DNA from: Candidatus Dojkabacteria bacterium
GTDB taxonomy: Bacteria > Patescibacteriota > Dojkabacteria > JAOAGR01
Reading direction: 5' to 3'
Length of the DNA: 64,000 nt
Assembly: GCA_026415655.1 (NCBI GenBank)
Contig: JAOAGR010000004.1
Location: forward strand, 67,236-131,235
The position numbers and the translations under genes are program-made. The notes beneath the pieces are model-generated. The model was not told where the DNA came from, did not search any database, and was given only the letters and a program-made list of their open reading frames with translations. Position 1 is the stretch's first letter. Every line of letters starts with the position of its first letter. Positions 9,150 to 19,046 of this stretch are shown here, piece after piece.

Positions 9150-10277
9150 ATGGATAATCAAAATAAAAGTATTCCAATAATAATACTTACTGGATTCTTA
9201 GGTAGCGGAAAAACCACTCTTCTTAACAAGATCATCGAAAAATACAAGGATGAATACAAAATAGCAGTTGTAATGAATGAGTTTGGAGATGTAGCTATAG
9301 ATTCAGAATTGATTTCTTCATCAGTAGGTGATGAAGAGATTTGGACAGTTGATGGGGGTTGCATCTGTTGTGTTGTTAGAGGGGATTTAATAAAAGGTGT
9401 ACAAAATCTAGTTGAAAAAGCAAATCCTGATATAATATTTATTGAAACATCCGGTCTTGCTGATCCATATCCTGTTGCACAAACATTTTTTGTGGATAAT
9501 CTAAATGGAAGAGTTTATCTGGATAGTATTGTGTGTTTGATAGATGCTAATAATTTTAATGTATATTCAAAAGAATTTGAGATAGCATATAAACAAATAT
9601 ATGTATCTTCTTTTTTGATTATTAACAAAATTAAAAATTTGCCACAAAAAAAATTAGATGAATTGCATGAGATTGTTAAAGAGATAAACAAAGACGCCTA
9701 TATTATTGATGATATTGAAAATATTGATTTAAATATATTTATAGATCAGAGTAATATCTCTTTTGTTGATTTGTTAAAGCAGGAGAAAATACAAAATGAT
9801 ATTAACCTTGATGATAAATTAAATTCTTCTAATGTGAAACAAGAGGAATCTTGTCACGGACATTGTAGCTGTAATTGTGACCATGATTGTGATCATAAAC
9901 ATGAAGAATGTAAGTGTTGCAACTCAAAAGATTCTGATTGTCACCACCATGAGGAGGATGATCATGTACATCCACATACGCATGAGGACGTAGATCAATA
10001 TGTATTTACAACAGAAAAGCTAATAGACATCCAAAAATTTGCTGAATGGATAAAGGAAAGTTTGCCAAGGAATGTCTATAGAGCAAAAGGGTTTCTGTGT
10101 ACAAATGAAAAACCCTACAAGTATTTCTTGCTTCAAGTTGTTGGTGGATCAAAGGATATTTATGCCATCATGCCAAGTCGGGAGAATTTTGATTACAAAA
10201 GAAGTAGATTAGTTTTCATAGGAAAAGATTTAGACAAAGATTATTTGGAAAGAAGCCTGAAACAGGTACTGTTATAA
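9150..10277 (+). CDS. COG0523/CobW-family metal-chaperone GTPase (ZigA/YciC/YeiR-like) with a long Cys/His-rich insertion.
   Basis: P-loop GFLGSGKTTLLN, the CxCC metal motif (GGCICCVV), and switch ETSGLADP. Insertion CHGHCSCNCDHDCDHKHEECKCCNSKDSDCHHHEEDDHVHPHTHE. Confidence 0.8.
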   Translation: MDNQNKSIPIIILTGFLGSGKTTLLNKIIEKYKDEYKIAVVMNEFGDVAIDSELISSSVGDEEIWTVDGGCICCVVRGDLIKGVQNLVEKANPDIIFIETSGLADPYPVAQTFFVDNLNGRVYLDSIVCLIDANNFNVYSKEFEIAYKQIYVSSFLIINKIKNLPQKKLDELHEIVKEINKDAYIIDDIENIDLNIFIDQSNISFVDLLKQEKIQNDINLDDKLNSSNVKQEESCHGHCSCNCDHDCDHKHEECKCCNSKDSDCHHHEEDDHVHPHTHEDVDQYVFTTEKLIDIQKFAEWIKESLPRNVYRAKGFLCTNEKPYKYFLLQVVGGSKDIYAIMPSRENFDYKRSRLVFIGKDLDKDYLERSLKQVLL

Positions 10278-10284
10278 TCAAAAT

Positions 10285-11355
10285 ATGAAAATTGCCGTAG
10301 CCTTGTCAGGAGGAGTGGATAGTGCTGTAACGGCTTATATTTTAAAATCACAAGGACATGATGTTATTGGTATATTCATGAAAAATTGGTCTGATGATTA
10401 TGGACTAAAAGGCGATTGTCCTTGGGAAAAGGATCAAAATGATGCAATGCAAGTTTGTGAATTTTTGCAGATTCCCTTTTATACTTTTAATTTTGAAAGA
10501 GAATATAGAGAAAGAGTTATTAATTATTTTTTTGAAGAATATAAAAATGGGCGTACTCCAAATCCTGATGTGTTCTGTAATTCTGAGATCAAATTTGATT
10601 TATTTCTAAGGAAATCTATTGAAAGGTTCGATGTGGACAAGATTGCTACTGGGCATTATGCCCGTGTTATTGATCAAAAAGAATATTTTGCATTGTTTAG
10701 AGGAGATGATTTATCAAAAGATCAATCTTATTTTTTGTGTAGACTTACACAAAATGAACTTTCAAAATCGATTTTTCCGTTGGGCGAAATGACAAAGAAG
10801 GAAGTACGTAAGATAGCATCAGATATAGGATTACCTGTTGCAACCAAGAAAGATAGTCAAGGAATATGTTTTGTTGGAAAAATAAATGTAAGAGAGTTTT
10901 TACGTAGTGAGCTAGGAATGAAAGATGGTGATATTGTTGATATAGAAACGAATAAGATTCTTGGCCGACATCATGGATTGTGGTTTTATACAATAGGACA
11001 ACGCGAAGGACTTGGGCTTGGAGGAGGACCTTGGTATGTAGTAAAAAAAGATTTGGATTCCAATATTGTTTTTGTTGCTAGAGGAAGAAATAATCCATTT
11101 TTATATAAAGATTTTGTGATTGTAGAGGATCTAATATGGACTTATGAAAAAAATGTAAATAAACTTGATAATTTAGATAACTTGTCTATTACTTTAAGAT
11201 ATCAACAAAGCCCAATACGTTGTATTTCTTATGAATGGAAAGATAAAGATTTAGTTTTGCATCTAGAAAACAAAGCATTTGCTGTTTCACCCGGACAAGT
11301 AGGATGTCTTATGTCTGGTGATGAGGTTATTGGTAGTGGTATTATTAAAGCTTAA
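10285..11355 (+). CDS. mnmA: tRNA 2-thiouridine(34) synthase MnmA.
   Basis: PP-loop N-terminus MKIAVALSGGVDSAV. C-terminal PGQ..V.Y.GDEVIGSGII is typical of MnmA/TrmU. Confidence 0.9.
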   Translation: MKIAVALSGGVDSAVTAYILKSQGHDVIGIFMKNWSDDYGLKGDCPWEKDQNDAMQVCEFLQIPFYTFNFEREYRERVINYFFEEYKNGRTPNPDVFCNSEIKFDLFLRKSIERFDVDKIATGHYARVIDQKEYFALFRGDDLSKDQSYFLCRLTQNELSKSIFPLGEMTKKEVRKIASDIGLPVATKKDSQGICFVGKINVREFLRSELGMKDGDIVDIETNKILGRHHGLWFYTIGQREGLGLGGGPWYVVKKDLDSNIVFVARGRNNPFLYKDFVIVEDLIWTYEKNVNKLDNLDNLSITLRYQQSPIRCISYEWKDKDLVLHLENKAFAVSPGQVGCLMSGDEVIGSGIIKA

Positions 11356-12369
11356 AATATCTTTTTTAAGTTTTCTGATCCAAGTAATTTGCCTCTTCGC
11401 ATATTGATGCTCTTTATACTTTAATTCTTGAAGTAAACTGTCTACAATCTGTTTATTAGTGTTTTCATTTTTTAATACTTTATAAATTTTAAGAAAATAT
11501 TTATATTCGTAGGAAAGTTTTTCTAGCCAATCTTTAGATACATTTGATTTAAGCAAGTATTCTATTTCATAAAATGTCTCATCACAAAATCTTTTATCTA
11601 CTACTTCATCAAGTTTCTGATAATAAATAGTTCTATTTTTTGGCAAGAGTAAAATAACGAAATAGTCATCATTGCCTAAATTTTGTTTTTTATAATATAC
11701 CTCTACAAATTTATCACCATATTTTTTAATCAATTTATAGTATTTAATTAATCTTCGTGGATTTTTTATATTCAAAATGATTTTGTGTTTAGAGATAAAA
11801 CTTTCGACAACTTTCATTGCAATATCTAGCTCAACATCAATCATCTCGGCATTTGAACTGTCTGGTTCGAATTCGGTATTAAACAATAAGTGATATGCGT
11901 AGTAAATAGTGCCACCTACAATTAGGGTATTTGTAAATTTAAATTTATTTTTGATCCTATAAAAATCATCAGTAAATTCTTTTACGGAATAAGTTTCTCC
12001 TGGGTATCTGATATCAAACAGATAATTTTTGATTTGATCTGAAGTTTTTGTTTGGGGGTTAAAATTTTTTATTAAATCAATTAATTGTTCCCAATTGATA
12101 TCAAAATTTGTTTTATTCTTAGTTATTAATTGTATTTCTATATTTTCTAGTGAAAGATTTTGATTTATTGTATTGCTATCGACTATTGATAAAGTTTCTC
12201 CATTTAATACAATTTGAGAATTGAATTGCGGTTTGTTGGTCAGCTTATTAAGATTTTTATAAATTTGTATTGCGTCACAGTTAAATATTGGTAGATCAAA
12301 CTGTCTAGCTATAAAAAAAGCCAAATTTGTTTTTCCTGAAGAAGTTGGGCCAAGTATAAATATATTCAT
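11287..12369 (-). CDS. miaA: tRNA dimethylallyltransferase MiaA-like (360 aa, extended).
   Basis: N-terminus IFILGPTSSGKTNLAFFIARQFDLPIFNCDAIQIYK matches the MiaA P-loop/DS.Q.Y motif. Its 3' end overlaps the mnmA 3' end by 69 nt, convergently. Confidence 0.7.
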   Translation of the reverse strand: MNIFILGPTSSGKTNLAFFIARQFDLPIFNCDAIQIYKNLNKLTNKPQFNSQIVLNGETLSIVDSNTINQNLSLENIEIQLITKNKTNFDINWEQLIDLIKNFNPQTKTSDQIKNYLFDIRYPGETYSVKEFTDDFYRIKNKFKFTNTLIVGGTIYYAYHLLFNTEFEPDSSNAEMIDVELDIAMKVVESFISKHKIILNIKNPRRLIKYYKLIKKYGDKFVEVYYKKQNLGNDDYFVILLLPKNRTIYYQKLDEVVDKRFCDETFYEIEYLLKSNVSKDWLEKLSYEYKYFLKIYKVLKNENTNKQIVDSLLQELKYKEHQYAKRQITWIRKLKKDILSFNNTTTNNLITRHKTSYLSG

Positions 12370-12416
12370 GATGTTTTTATTAGGCTTAACTTATTATATA
12401 CTCATGAATAGTAACT

Positions 12417-13457
12417 ATGAAAGAAGACAAAAATATTCAATCATCACAATCTGGTTCAGCACAGAATAACGCGAAAAAAGCAGCATTACAAGCAGCATTG
12501 AGTCAGATAGAAAAGCAGTTTGGTAAAGGATCCATAATGAAGATGAGTGATAAGAGCACTGAAAATGTCGAAGTAATTTCTACAGGCGCTTTATCACTTG
12601 ATATTGCATTAGGAGTTGGTGGTGTACCCAGAGGTCGTATTATTGAAATTTTCGGTCCAGAGTCATCAGGTAAAACTACTTTAGCTTTGCACATTGCAGC
12701 AGAAACACAAAAAAATGGTGGAGTTGTTGCTTATATAGATGCAGAGCATGCATTAGATCCAAAATATGCTAAATCTATTGGGGTAGATGTTGAAAATATG
12801 CTTATTTCCCAACCTGATTATGGTGAACAAGCGTTAGAAATCGCAGAGACATTGGTGCGTTCGGGTGCTGTGGATTTAATCGTAGTTGATTCTGTAGCAG
12901 CTCTAACGCCGAAATCCGAAATAGAGGGAGAGATGGGAGATGCTCAGATCGGTGTACAGGCAAGACTTATGTCACAGGCACTTAGAAAATTGACAGCTGT
13001 TGCTAATAAGTCTAAGACTACAGTTATTTTTTTAAATCAGATAAGGATGAAGATCGGAGTGATGTTTGGAAATCCTGAAACTACTACTGGTGGAAATGCA
13101 TTAAAATTTTATGCATCTGTACGTATAGAGATCAGAAAAGGAGAAAAAATCACTGACAAAGATGGTAATGTCATAGGTAATACTGTCAAGGTAAAAGTTG
13201 TTAAAAATAAAGTTGCACCACCATTCCGTGAGACAGAGTTTGATATTATTTATCCACAAGGAATTGATAAATATTCATCACTAATTTCAGCTGCTATTGA
13301 TGCTGGTGTGATACAAAAAAATGCAGGATGGTATAAGTATGAGGATAAACAACTTGGTAATGGTAAAGAAGCCGTAAAAGAAACTCTTAAAAATGATGCC
13401 AAACTTGTAAAAGAAATTGTAGAAAAAACAAAGAGTATTTTATTAGCAAATAAATAA
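12417..13457 (+). CDS. recA: Recombinase RecA.
   Basis: [39 protein letters not shown] and the L2 loop region are unmistakably RecA. Confidence 0.95.
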   Translation: MKEDKNIQSSQSGSAQNNAKKAALQAALSQIEKQFGKGSIMKMSDKSTENVEVISTGALSLDIALGVGGVPRGRIIEIFGPESSGKTTLALHIAAETQKNGGVVAYIDAEHALDPKYAKSIGVDVENMLISQPDYGEQALEIAETLVRSGAVDLIVVDSVAALTPKSEIEGEMGDAQIGVQARLMSQALRKLTAVANKSKTTVIFLNQIRMKIGVMFGNPETTTGGNALKFYASVRIEIRKGEKITDKDGNVIGNTVKVKVVKNKVAPPFRETEFDIIYPQGIDKYSSLISAAIDAGVIQKNAGWYKYEDKQLGNGKEAVKETLKNDAKLVKEIVEKTKSILLANK

Positions 13458-13611
13458 CTTTATGTTAGTAGAAAAAATCAAATTGGCTTTTATGAGTGTT
13501 TTGTTTATGTTTTTGATGCTTATTTTAATAGTGGTTTTTCAGTTATTCTTGTAATTAATTGATTTTATTGTTGGTTTCAAAATATTTTTGGGATAATTTA
13601 ATTTTATATAT

Positions 13612-14286
13612 TTATTTTATTGTACTACCTTTCAAATCGCTAATACTGTTTTCTAAAAAAGATTTTAAACTAGTTAGTTTCATCGCTATTTTATGTTTTT
13701 GTGCAAGTTTTGCTGCAAAAGGATCTACTGGATAAGATTTACCCGGTTCGTGTTCTTTAGGATTGCCAATAATATTTAGATATTCTTCCCATGTCAGTTC
13801 TGTTATTATATTCGCATTTGGGTTGGTCTTTGGGTCTGAATCATATACATAATCTACATTTGTAATTCGCAAAACTTCTTTTGAATTAAAATAAATTGCA
13901 TTTTTTATTGTGTCAAAATCAGATGATTTGCCAAGATTCCAAGCTCCCGTAATAAAAAAATCGTACTTTTTTGTTAATTTAATAGCATGCATGAGTTTTC
14001 TTTTATTATCAATAAGTATTGGATAAGTCCTTTTTTGATCATATATGGACTTTACCAATTCTGCTTGTAAAAGTAATGATCTTATACCTATATGATGTTG
14101 ATCTCTTATTGTTGCTCCATGTTCAGCAGCATATTTTTGAAACAGCCTACTTATAAGTCCCCCACCTACTGTGATAACAGCCTTTTCAAATTCATTTTCG
14201 ATTTTTCTAACAAAATTTATTAAAAGTGGATTTATCTGATCTAAAGATTCTTGGATCACTGATCCACCAAGTTTTATGATAGTCAT
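13612..14286 (-). CDS. pyrH: Uridylate (UMP) kinase, archaeal/short type (amino-acid-kinase fold).
   Basis: MTIIKLGGSV, ITVGGGLISR, ITNVDYVYDSDPKTNPNA, and VDPFAAKLA align with short-form UMP kinases. Confidence 0.7.
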   Translation of the reverse strand: MTIIKLGGSVIQESLDQINPLLINFVRKIENEFEKAVITVGGGLISRLFQKYAAEHGATIRDQHHIGIRSLLLQAELVKSIYDQKRTYPILIDNKRKLMHAIKLTKKYDFFITGAWNLGKSSDFDTIKNAIYFNSKEVLRITNVDYVYDSDPKTNPNANIITELTWEEYLNIIGNPKEHEPGKSYPVDPFAAKLAQKHKIAMKLTSLKSFLENSISDLKGSTIK

Positions 14287-14322
14287 ATGGTATTTATTTT
14301 AGATTTATACTAATATTTTAGT

Positions 14323-17300
14323 GTGAGTTCAAGAAGAATAAATCTTTCATATGATGATAAGAAGAAGGTATTTTTACCTTTCTTCGGACTTGTGCTTATA
14401 TTATTGCTTTTTATTACTGCTTTTATAACCTTATTATTCATACAAAACAATAGTCTAAATAACGAATTTGAGGCTGCGGGTAATGTAATTAGGATTGATT
14501 CCTCTCAAAGTTTGCAAAGAGTTATTCAAGATGCAGGGGATTCGGATGCGATTGTATTGAAATCAGGTTCATATTCTATCCCTCAGAACGGTATTTTAAT
14601 TCAGAATAAAAAATTAAGGATAATTGGAAGTGGAGCAGAAAATACTGTGATTACTGCCAATGGTTCAACTAGCGCATTTATTATAAAAAATGCTAATGTT
14701 GAAATTAGCAATCTGAAAATCACAGGTACACAAGGTCCAGCAATCAATATTGATAATACCGTTGATGGAAGTAGAACTTTTGATGATAATCCATTAAAAG
14801 TTCGTATATTAAATACTCATATTACAAATTCACAAGATGTTGCTTTACAGATTTCTGGTATAGTCGAAGTATCGGAATCAAAGATTGATAAGACTAAAGG
14901 AGCTATAAAATTAGTGAGAGGAGCTATTAATTTAAATAACACTGTTATTTATGATTCGGTAGACTATGGAATAGAATTGAATTCCGAAACACAATCAATA
15001 GAATCCACCGTAATTAATGCGATTATTGCCAGATCTGCCAAAGAAGCGATTTTGGTCAAATCAGGTAATGTTCAGATAAAAAATGTAACGATTGTTGACA
15101 ACGGTGATGGAATAGTAGAATCAGGGCAGGTCTCTTCTGTTAATGTTAAAAACACAACTGTACAGGGTAATAAAGGTAAAGGAATCAGTATCAAAAGCCC
15201 AAGATCAACCGTTACATATAGTAATTCTTTTCAAAACAGAACTAACTATGAGCCTCAGACACTAGCAACTGGTTCTGCTAATAATAATCTATCTGTAGAC
15301 TCTGGATTCATTTCATCAAATCAATACCAATTACAAACTAATTCGGCTATTCGTGACAAAGGGGATCCTTCAGAGAAAGACAAGATCGATGGTACTAGGA
15401 TAGATATTGGTGCATTTGGTGGTGATCCCAAGCTTAGATTTGCTAACTCATTTCCTATAGTTAGTTCACCTAGGGAAGTTTTTATCAGGCCGGGCGCGAG
15501 TCTTGATTATACAATAAATGCTACAGATCCTGACGGTGATAAACTAGAGTATCGTATTTTAAATAATAAATATCCTGATTGGATAAAATTAAATGAAAAT
15601 AAGATCTCCGGTACTGCGCCGCGGAATCAAGATATTGTTGGACTTTTGATCTTGGTTACCGACGGTAAAGGTGGAAATATAGTTCATCCACTTACAATCA
15701 ATATCAATAGTGGGTATAATCCACAACCTCAGCCCACTCTTACTTCAACGCCACGTCCTACAACCACAAATGTTCCGACTCAACCTAGTATAACATCGAC
15801 ACCTGTACCTACTGTAACACCGTCACCAAAACCTATACCAGAGATAAGACTTACAGTTACATCACCAAAATCAAATACAAAGTTTGACAAAAAAAACAAT
15901 GAAATCAGATGGGAAATTATTTCTGGCGCAGATGATATCGACAAAATAACTGTTGAATATTCTCAAGATGGCATAAATTATACTCCCATTACTACCCTAC
16001 CAGCTGACGCTAGAAAGTACCAGTGGGATTTCGTAAATGATGAGAAAATTGTAGATGGTAAATATTTCATCAGAGTCACAGCATTTGCTAAGGCTCCTAA
16101 TGCCGATATAAAAGCTAGTGCTGTTTCTGACCAATTTGAACTAACAAAACAGGAAGAGAAAAAACTTAAGATATTACAAGTATCACCAGCTGAGAATAAT
16201 ACTGTAGAAAATAGACGAGAACGTATATTTATAGAGTTTGAGTCTTCATCACAAGTATCCCGTGAAGATAGTTATATCAAGATAAATGATATTGAGTTTA
16301 AATTTACTAACATTACACAAAATAGCGCAGTATTTGATCCTGTTTCTGATTATGCAGGTAATACTGTAAAAGTTGAAGTAAAGCTTATCAATCGTGACGG
16401 AGATATTGCTCAGAGGGTATGGACATTCAATATCAAGGTTACGGCTTCACCTAATCCAACAAATCCTGATGTTATAAGGCAAGCAACTATATTTGGTATA
16501 GATAGGAATATAGCCTTGATTGTATTAGGTTTCATCATAGTTATCATAATGATTGTTGTTGGTTATTATTTTGTGAAGTTTATTAAATCAATTAGGGATC
16601 AAAGGCAAGGTAACCTTGAGAATGAATTTAATGAATATGATGTTCCCGCTGGAGTAACGACACTACAACAGGGTTATAACGTACCAACACAAGAAATGAA
16701 TGCAGCTAGTCAAGCTCTATCTTCTATGATGCCAGATCAGACGTTGTATAATCAGTACACTAATCCCAATCCATATTTACAGCAAGGTTATTCTACTCAA
16801 ATTGATCAAAATCAAATCGGTCAAAATCAAAATTTGCAATCGAATTTTGATGTGACACAAAATGGTCAGCAGAATGAAACACCTCAAACATTCACAAATC
16901 AAAATCTATATGTCACAGCACAAAATGTGCCTAATCAGTTACAAAGTAATGATGGATATACTAACAGTGGGTTGCAAGCATTCAATGTTGATTCTTCAAC
17001 ATTTTCCAACGAAATGAGTTCGGTAAATCAAAACACCGGTCAAACCTATAGTACTGATACTAATACTACTAGTTACGGTTTATTACAACAAAATCAAACT
17101 CAACCTGATAATAATTTGGGCTATACGATAAACAACTATCCAAATCAACAAACAACTGATTCTATGACATTTTCTAATACTAGTACTATACAGGGAAGTT
17201 CATTACAGGATCAATATAATAACACAAATCAGATGCAGAGTGATATGTCTTTAAATAATCAATCTAATCAAACATCGCAACCCGATCAGAATCAACAGAT

Positions 17301-17634
17301 GAGTTATTATCATTCAGATGCGGATTTTGTAGATGAGATGAAACAAAAATATGGTGTTCCTGTAGATACGAGTCAGATTGATAGCTTTGTAAATAATCAA
17401 TCCATAACAAATACAACTGGTGATATACAAAATCAAAACAGTAGTATTCAGTATTCGGATAATCAAACAAATGTTGGATTAACAAATGATGCTAACTTGA
17501 CGCAGACTCAAGCTACGATACAAACTAGTAGTGATGAAGATTATTTGACCCAATTGAAAGCAAAGTATGGAATAACAGATGATGATATACAGAAGTATAA
17601 TGCAAATAAAAATAATCTAACACCACAGAGTTAG
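14323..17634 (+). CDS. Large (1103-aa) surface protein. Domain order: signal/anchor, right-handed parallel beta-helix repeats, dystroglycan-type cadherin-like (He_PIG) domain, PT-rich linker, Ig-like domain, a single TM helix, and a roughly 350-aa Q/N/T/S-rich low-complexity cytoplasmic tail.
   Basis: Beta-helix style repeats (NTHITNSQDVALQISG...). PT linker PQPQPTLTSTPRPTTTNVPTQPSITSTPVPTVTPSPKP. TM segment IALIVLGFIIVIIMIVVGYYF followed by the QNQ-rich tail. Confidence 0.7.
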   Translation: MSSRRINLSYDDKKKVFLPFFGLVLILLLFITAFITLLFIQNNSLNNEFEAAGNVIRIDSSQSLQRVIQDAGDSDAIVLKSGSYSIPQNGILIQNKKLRIIGSGAENTVITANGSTSAFIIKNANVEISNLKITGTQGPAINIDNTVDGSRTFDDNPLKVRILNTHITNSQDVALQISGIVEVSESKIDKTKGAIKLVRGAINLNNTVIYDSVDYGIELNSETQSIESTVINAIIARSAKEAILVKSGNVQIKNVTIVDNGDGIVESGQVSSVNVKNTTVQGNKGKGISIKSPRSTVTYSNSFQNRTNYEPQTLATGSANNNLSVDSGFISSNQYQLQTNSAIRDKGDPSEKDKIDGTRIDIGAFGGDPKLRFANSFPIVSSPREVFIRPGASLDYTINATDPDGDKLEYRILNNKYPDWIKLNENKISGTAPRNQDIVGLLILVTDGKGGNIVHPLTININSGYNPQPQPTLTSTPRPTTTNVPTQPSITSTPVPTVTPSPKPIPEIRLTVTSPKSNTKFDKKNNEIRWEIISGADDIDKITVEYSQDGINYTPITTLPADARKYQWDFVNDEKIVDGKYFIRVTAFAKAPNADIKASAVSDQFELTKQEEKKLKILQVSPAENNTVENRRERIFIEFESSSQVSREDSYIKINDIEFKFTNITQNSAVFDPVSDYAGNTVKVEVKLINRDGDIAQRVWTFNIKVTASPNPTNPDVIRQATIFGIDRNIALIVLGFIIVIIMIVVGYYFVKFIKSIRDQRQGNLENEFNEYDVPAGVTTLQQGYNVPTQEMNAASQALSSMMPDQTLYNQYTNPNPYLQQGYSTQIDQNQIGQNQNLQSNFDVTQNGQQNETPQTFTNQNLYVTAQNVPNQLQSNDGYTNSGLQAFNVDSSTFSNEMSSVNQNTGQTYSTDTNTTSYGLLQQNQTQPDNNLGYTINNYPNQQTTDSMTFSNTSTIQGSSLQDQYNNTNQMQSDMSLNNQSNQTSQPDQNQQMSYYHSDADFVDEMKQKYGVPVDTSQIDSFVNNQSITNTTGDIQNQNSSIQYSDNQTNVGLTNDANLTQTQATIQTSSDEDYLTQLKAKYGITDDDIQKYNANKNNLTPQS

Positions 17635-17638
17635 TCGT

Positions 17639-19015
17639 ATGTCAAAAATCACTGCCCCGCTTTTAAATTTAAAAAAGAAAATTTTTCATATTTTACATAT
17701 TTCTTTTTTTCATAGTGAAAAAAATAATTATCATCCTTATTTTTTAAGACATTTTTCTATATTAATTTTGGCTATTTTTATTCTGTTAATTAATTTTTTC
17801 ATGTTTAATAATGATCGTTCATCGAATTTCTCCTCTGTGGCTTTTGCTGCAAATTATGACTCAGCAGATATTGTTGAATTGACAAACCAAAAACGTAGAG
17901 AGTATGGATTAGACGAATTAAAAACTAATCAAGTATTAAATTTAGTAGCTAGAGCAAAGGCAAACGATCTTTTACAAAGACAATATTGGAGTCACTATGA
18001 TCCTGAGGGTAGGAATATCAGATATTTTCTAGAAGAATTTAATTATACTTTTTCTGTCGCTGGTGAAAATCTTGCTAAAGATTTTTATAGCCATATAGAT
18101 GTAGTGAATGCGTGGATGAACAGTCCATCACATAGACAAAATATATTGGAACCCCGTTATAGAGAGATTGGAGTTGCTGTTGTCGAAGGAAATTTTTTGG
18201 GAAAATATACAAATCTTGTAGTACAGGTGTTTGCATCACCGACATCCGAATCTGATCTGGATTTAAATAATCTTATTAAAATAATCCTTCCACAAGATAA
18301 TCACATACAAAATACACCATTTATTTATGTACAAGGATATGCCGAGAATGCCAAAACAGTTGAGGTTTTTAAAAATAACACTAAACTTGGAGAGTTGCCC
18401 GTAGTTGATAAATATTTTAGTGAGACATTTGATCTTGAGGATGGTATTCATAGGATATTTGCTGCTAAGTCACAAGATTCTGGACAAATATTATCTGAAC
18501 CTAAGCAGGTTATTATTGATACAACACCGCCATTTATACAATCGATTTATATTTATAAATTGGATGATAATCATAATTTATTATTTTTAAATGCGTCTGA
18601 AATGTTAAAAGAACTAGTTTTTGGTTCCTTTACTCCTCAGTATGATGATGTTACACAAAGTTATTATTTTATTCTAAAAGAAGATGGCTTAAAAAATGGT
18701 ATTGATATAAAACTTATTGATATAGCCGGTAATGAATCTAACCAAACTTACCAAAAAGATCAGATAAAAAACGCATCTGTTATACCATCATCTATTTATA
18801 ATAAGATAAAAGAACAAATTAATATTAATCAAAGATTTAATATTTTTTCTAATGAACAAAAACTTAATATGTTTTCTATATTTATCATTGGAAGTGTTAT
18901 GACGTTTGATATTATCTATATCATAAGACGCATGATTGAACGCAAATCCATTAATGAGTACTTTGCTTTAATTTTGGTTATACCATTGGTACTTATAGGG
19001 ATTTTTGTTATCTAA
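17639..19015 (+). CDS. CAP/SCP/PR-1-domain protein with an N-terminal and a C-terminal membrane segment.
   Basis: CAP motifs YWSHYDPEG, GENLAKDF, VNAWMNSPSHRQNIL, and YREIGVAV. Confidence 0.7.
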   Translation: MSKITAPLLNLKKKIFHILHISFFHSEKNNYHPYFLRHFSILILAIFILLINFFMFNNDRSSNFSSVAFAANYDSADIVELTNQKRREYGLDELKTNQVLNLVARAKANDLLQRQYWSHYDPEGRNIRYFLEEFNYTFSVAGENLAKDFYSHIDVVNAWMNSPSHRQNILEPRYREIGVAVVEGNFLGKYTNLVVQVFASPTSESDLDLNNLIKIILPQDNHIQNTPFIYVQGYAENAKTVEVFKNNTKLGELPVVDKYFSETFDLEDGIHRIFAAKSQDSGQILSEPKQVIIDTTPPFIQSIYIYKLDDNHNLLFLNASEMLKELVFGSFTPQYDDVTQSYYFILKEDGLKNGIDIKLIDIAGNESNQTYQKDQIKNASVIPSSIYNKIKEQININQRFNIFSNEQKLNMFSIFIIGSVMTFDIIYIIRRMIERKSINEYFALILVIPLVLIGIFVI

Positions 19016-19046
19016 AAAGTCTTTGTTTTAGCAGTGTTATAATTGA

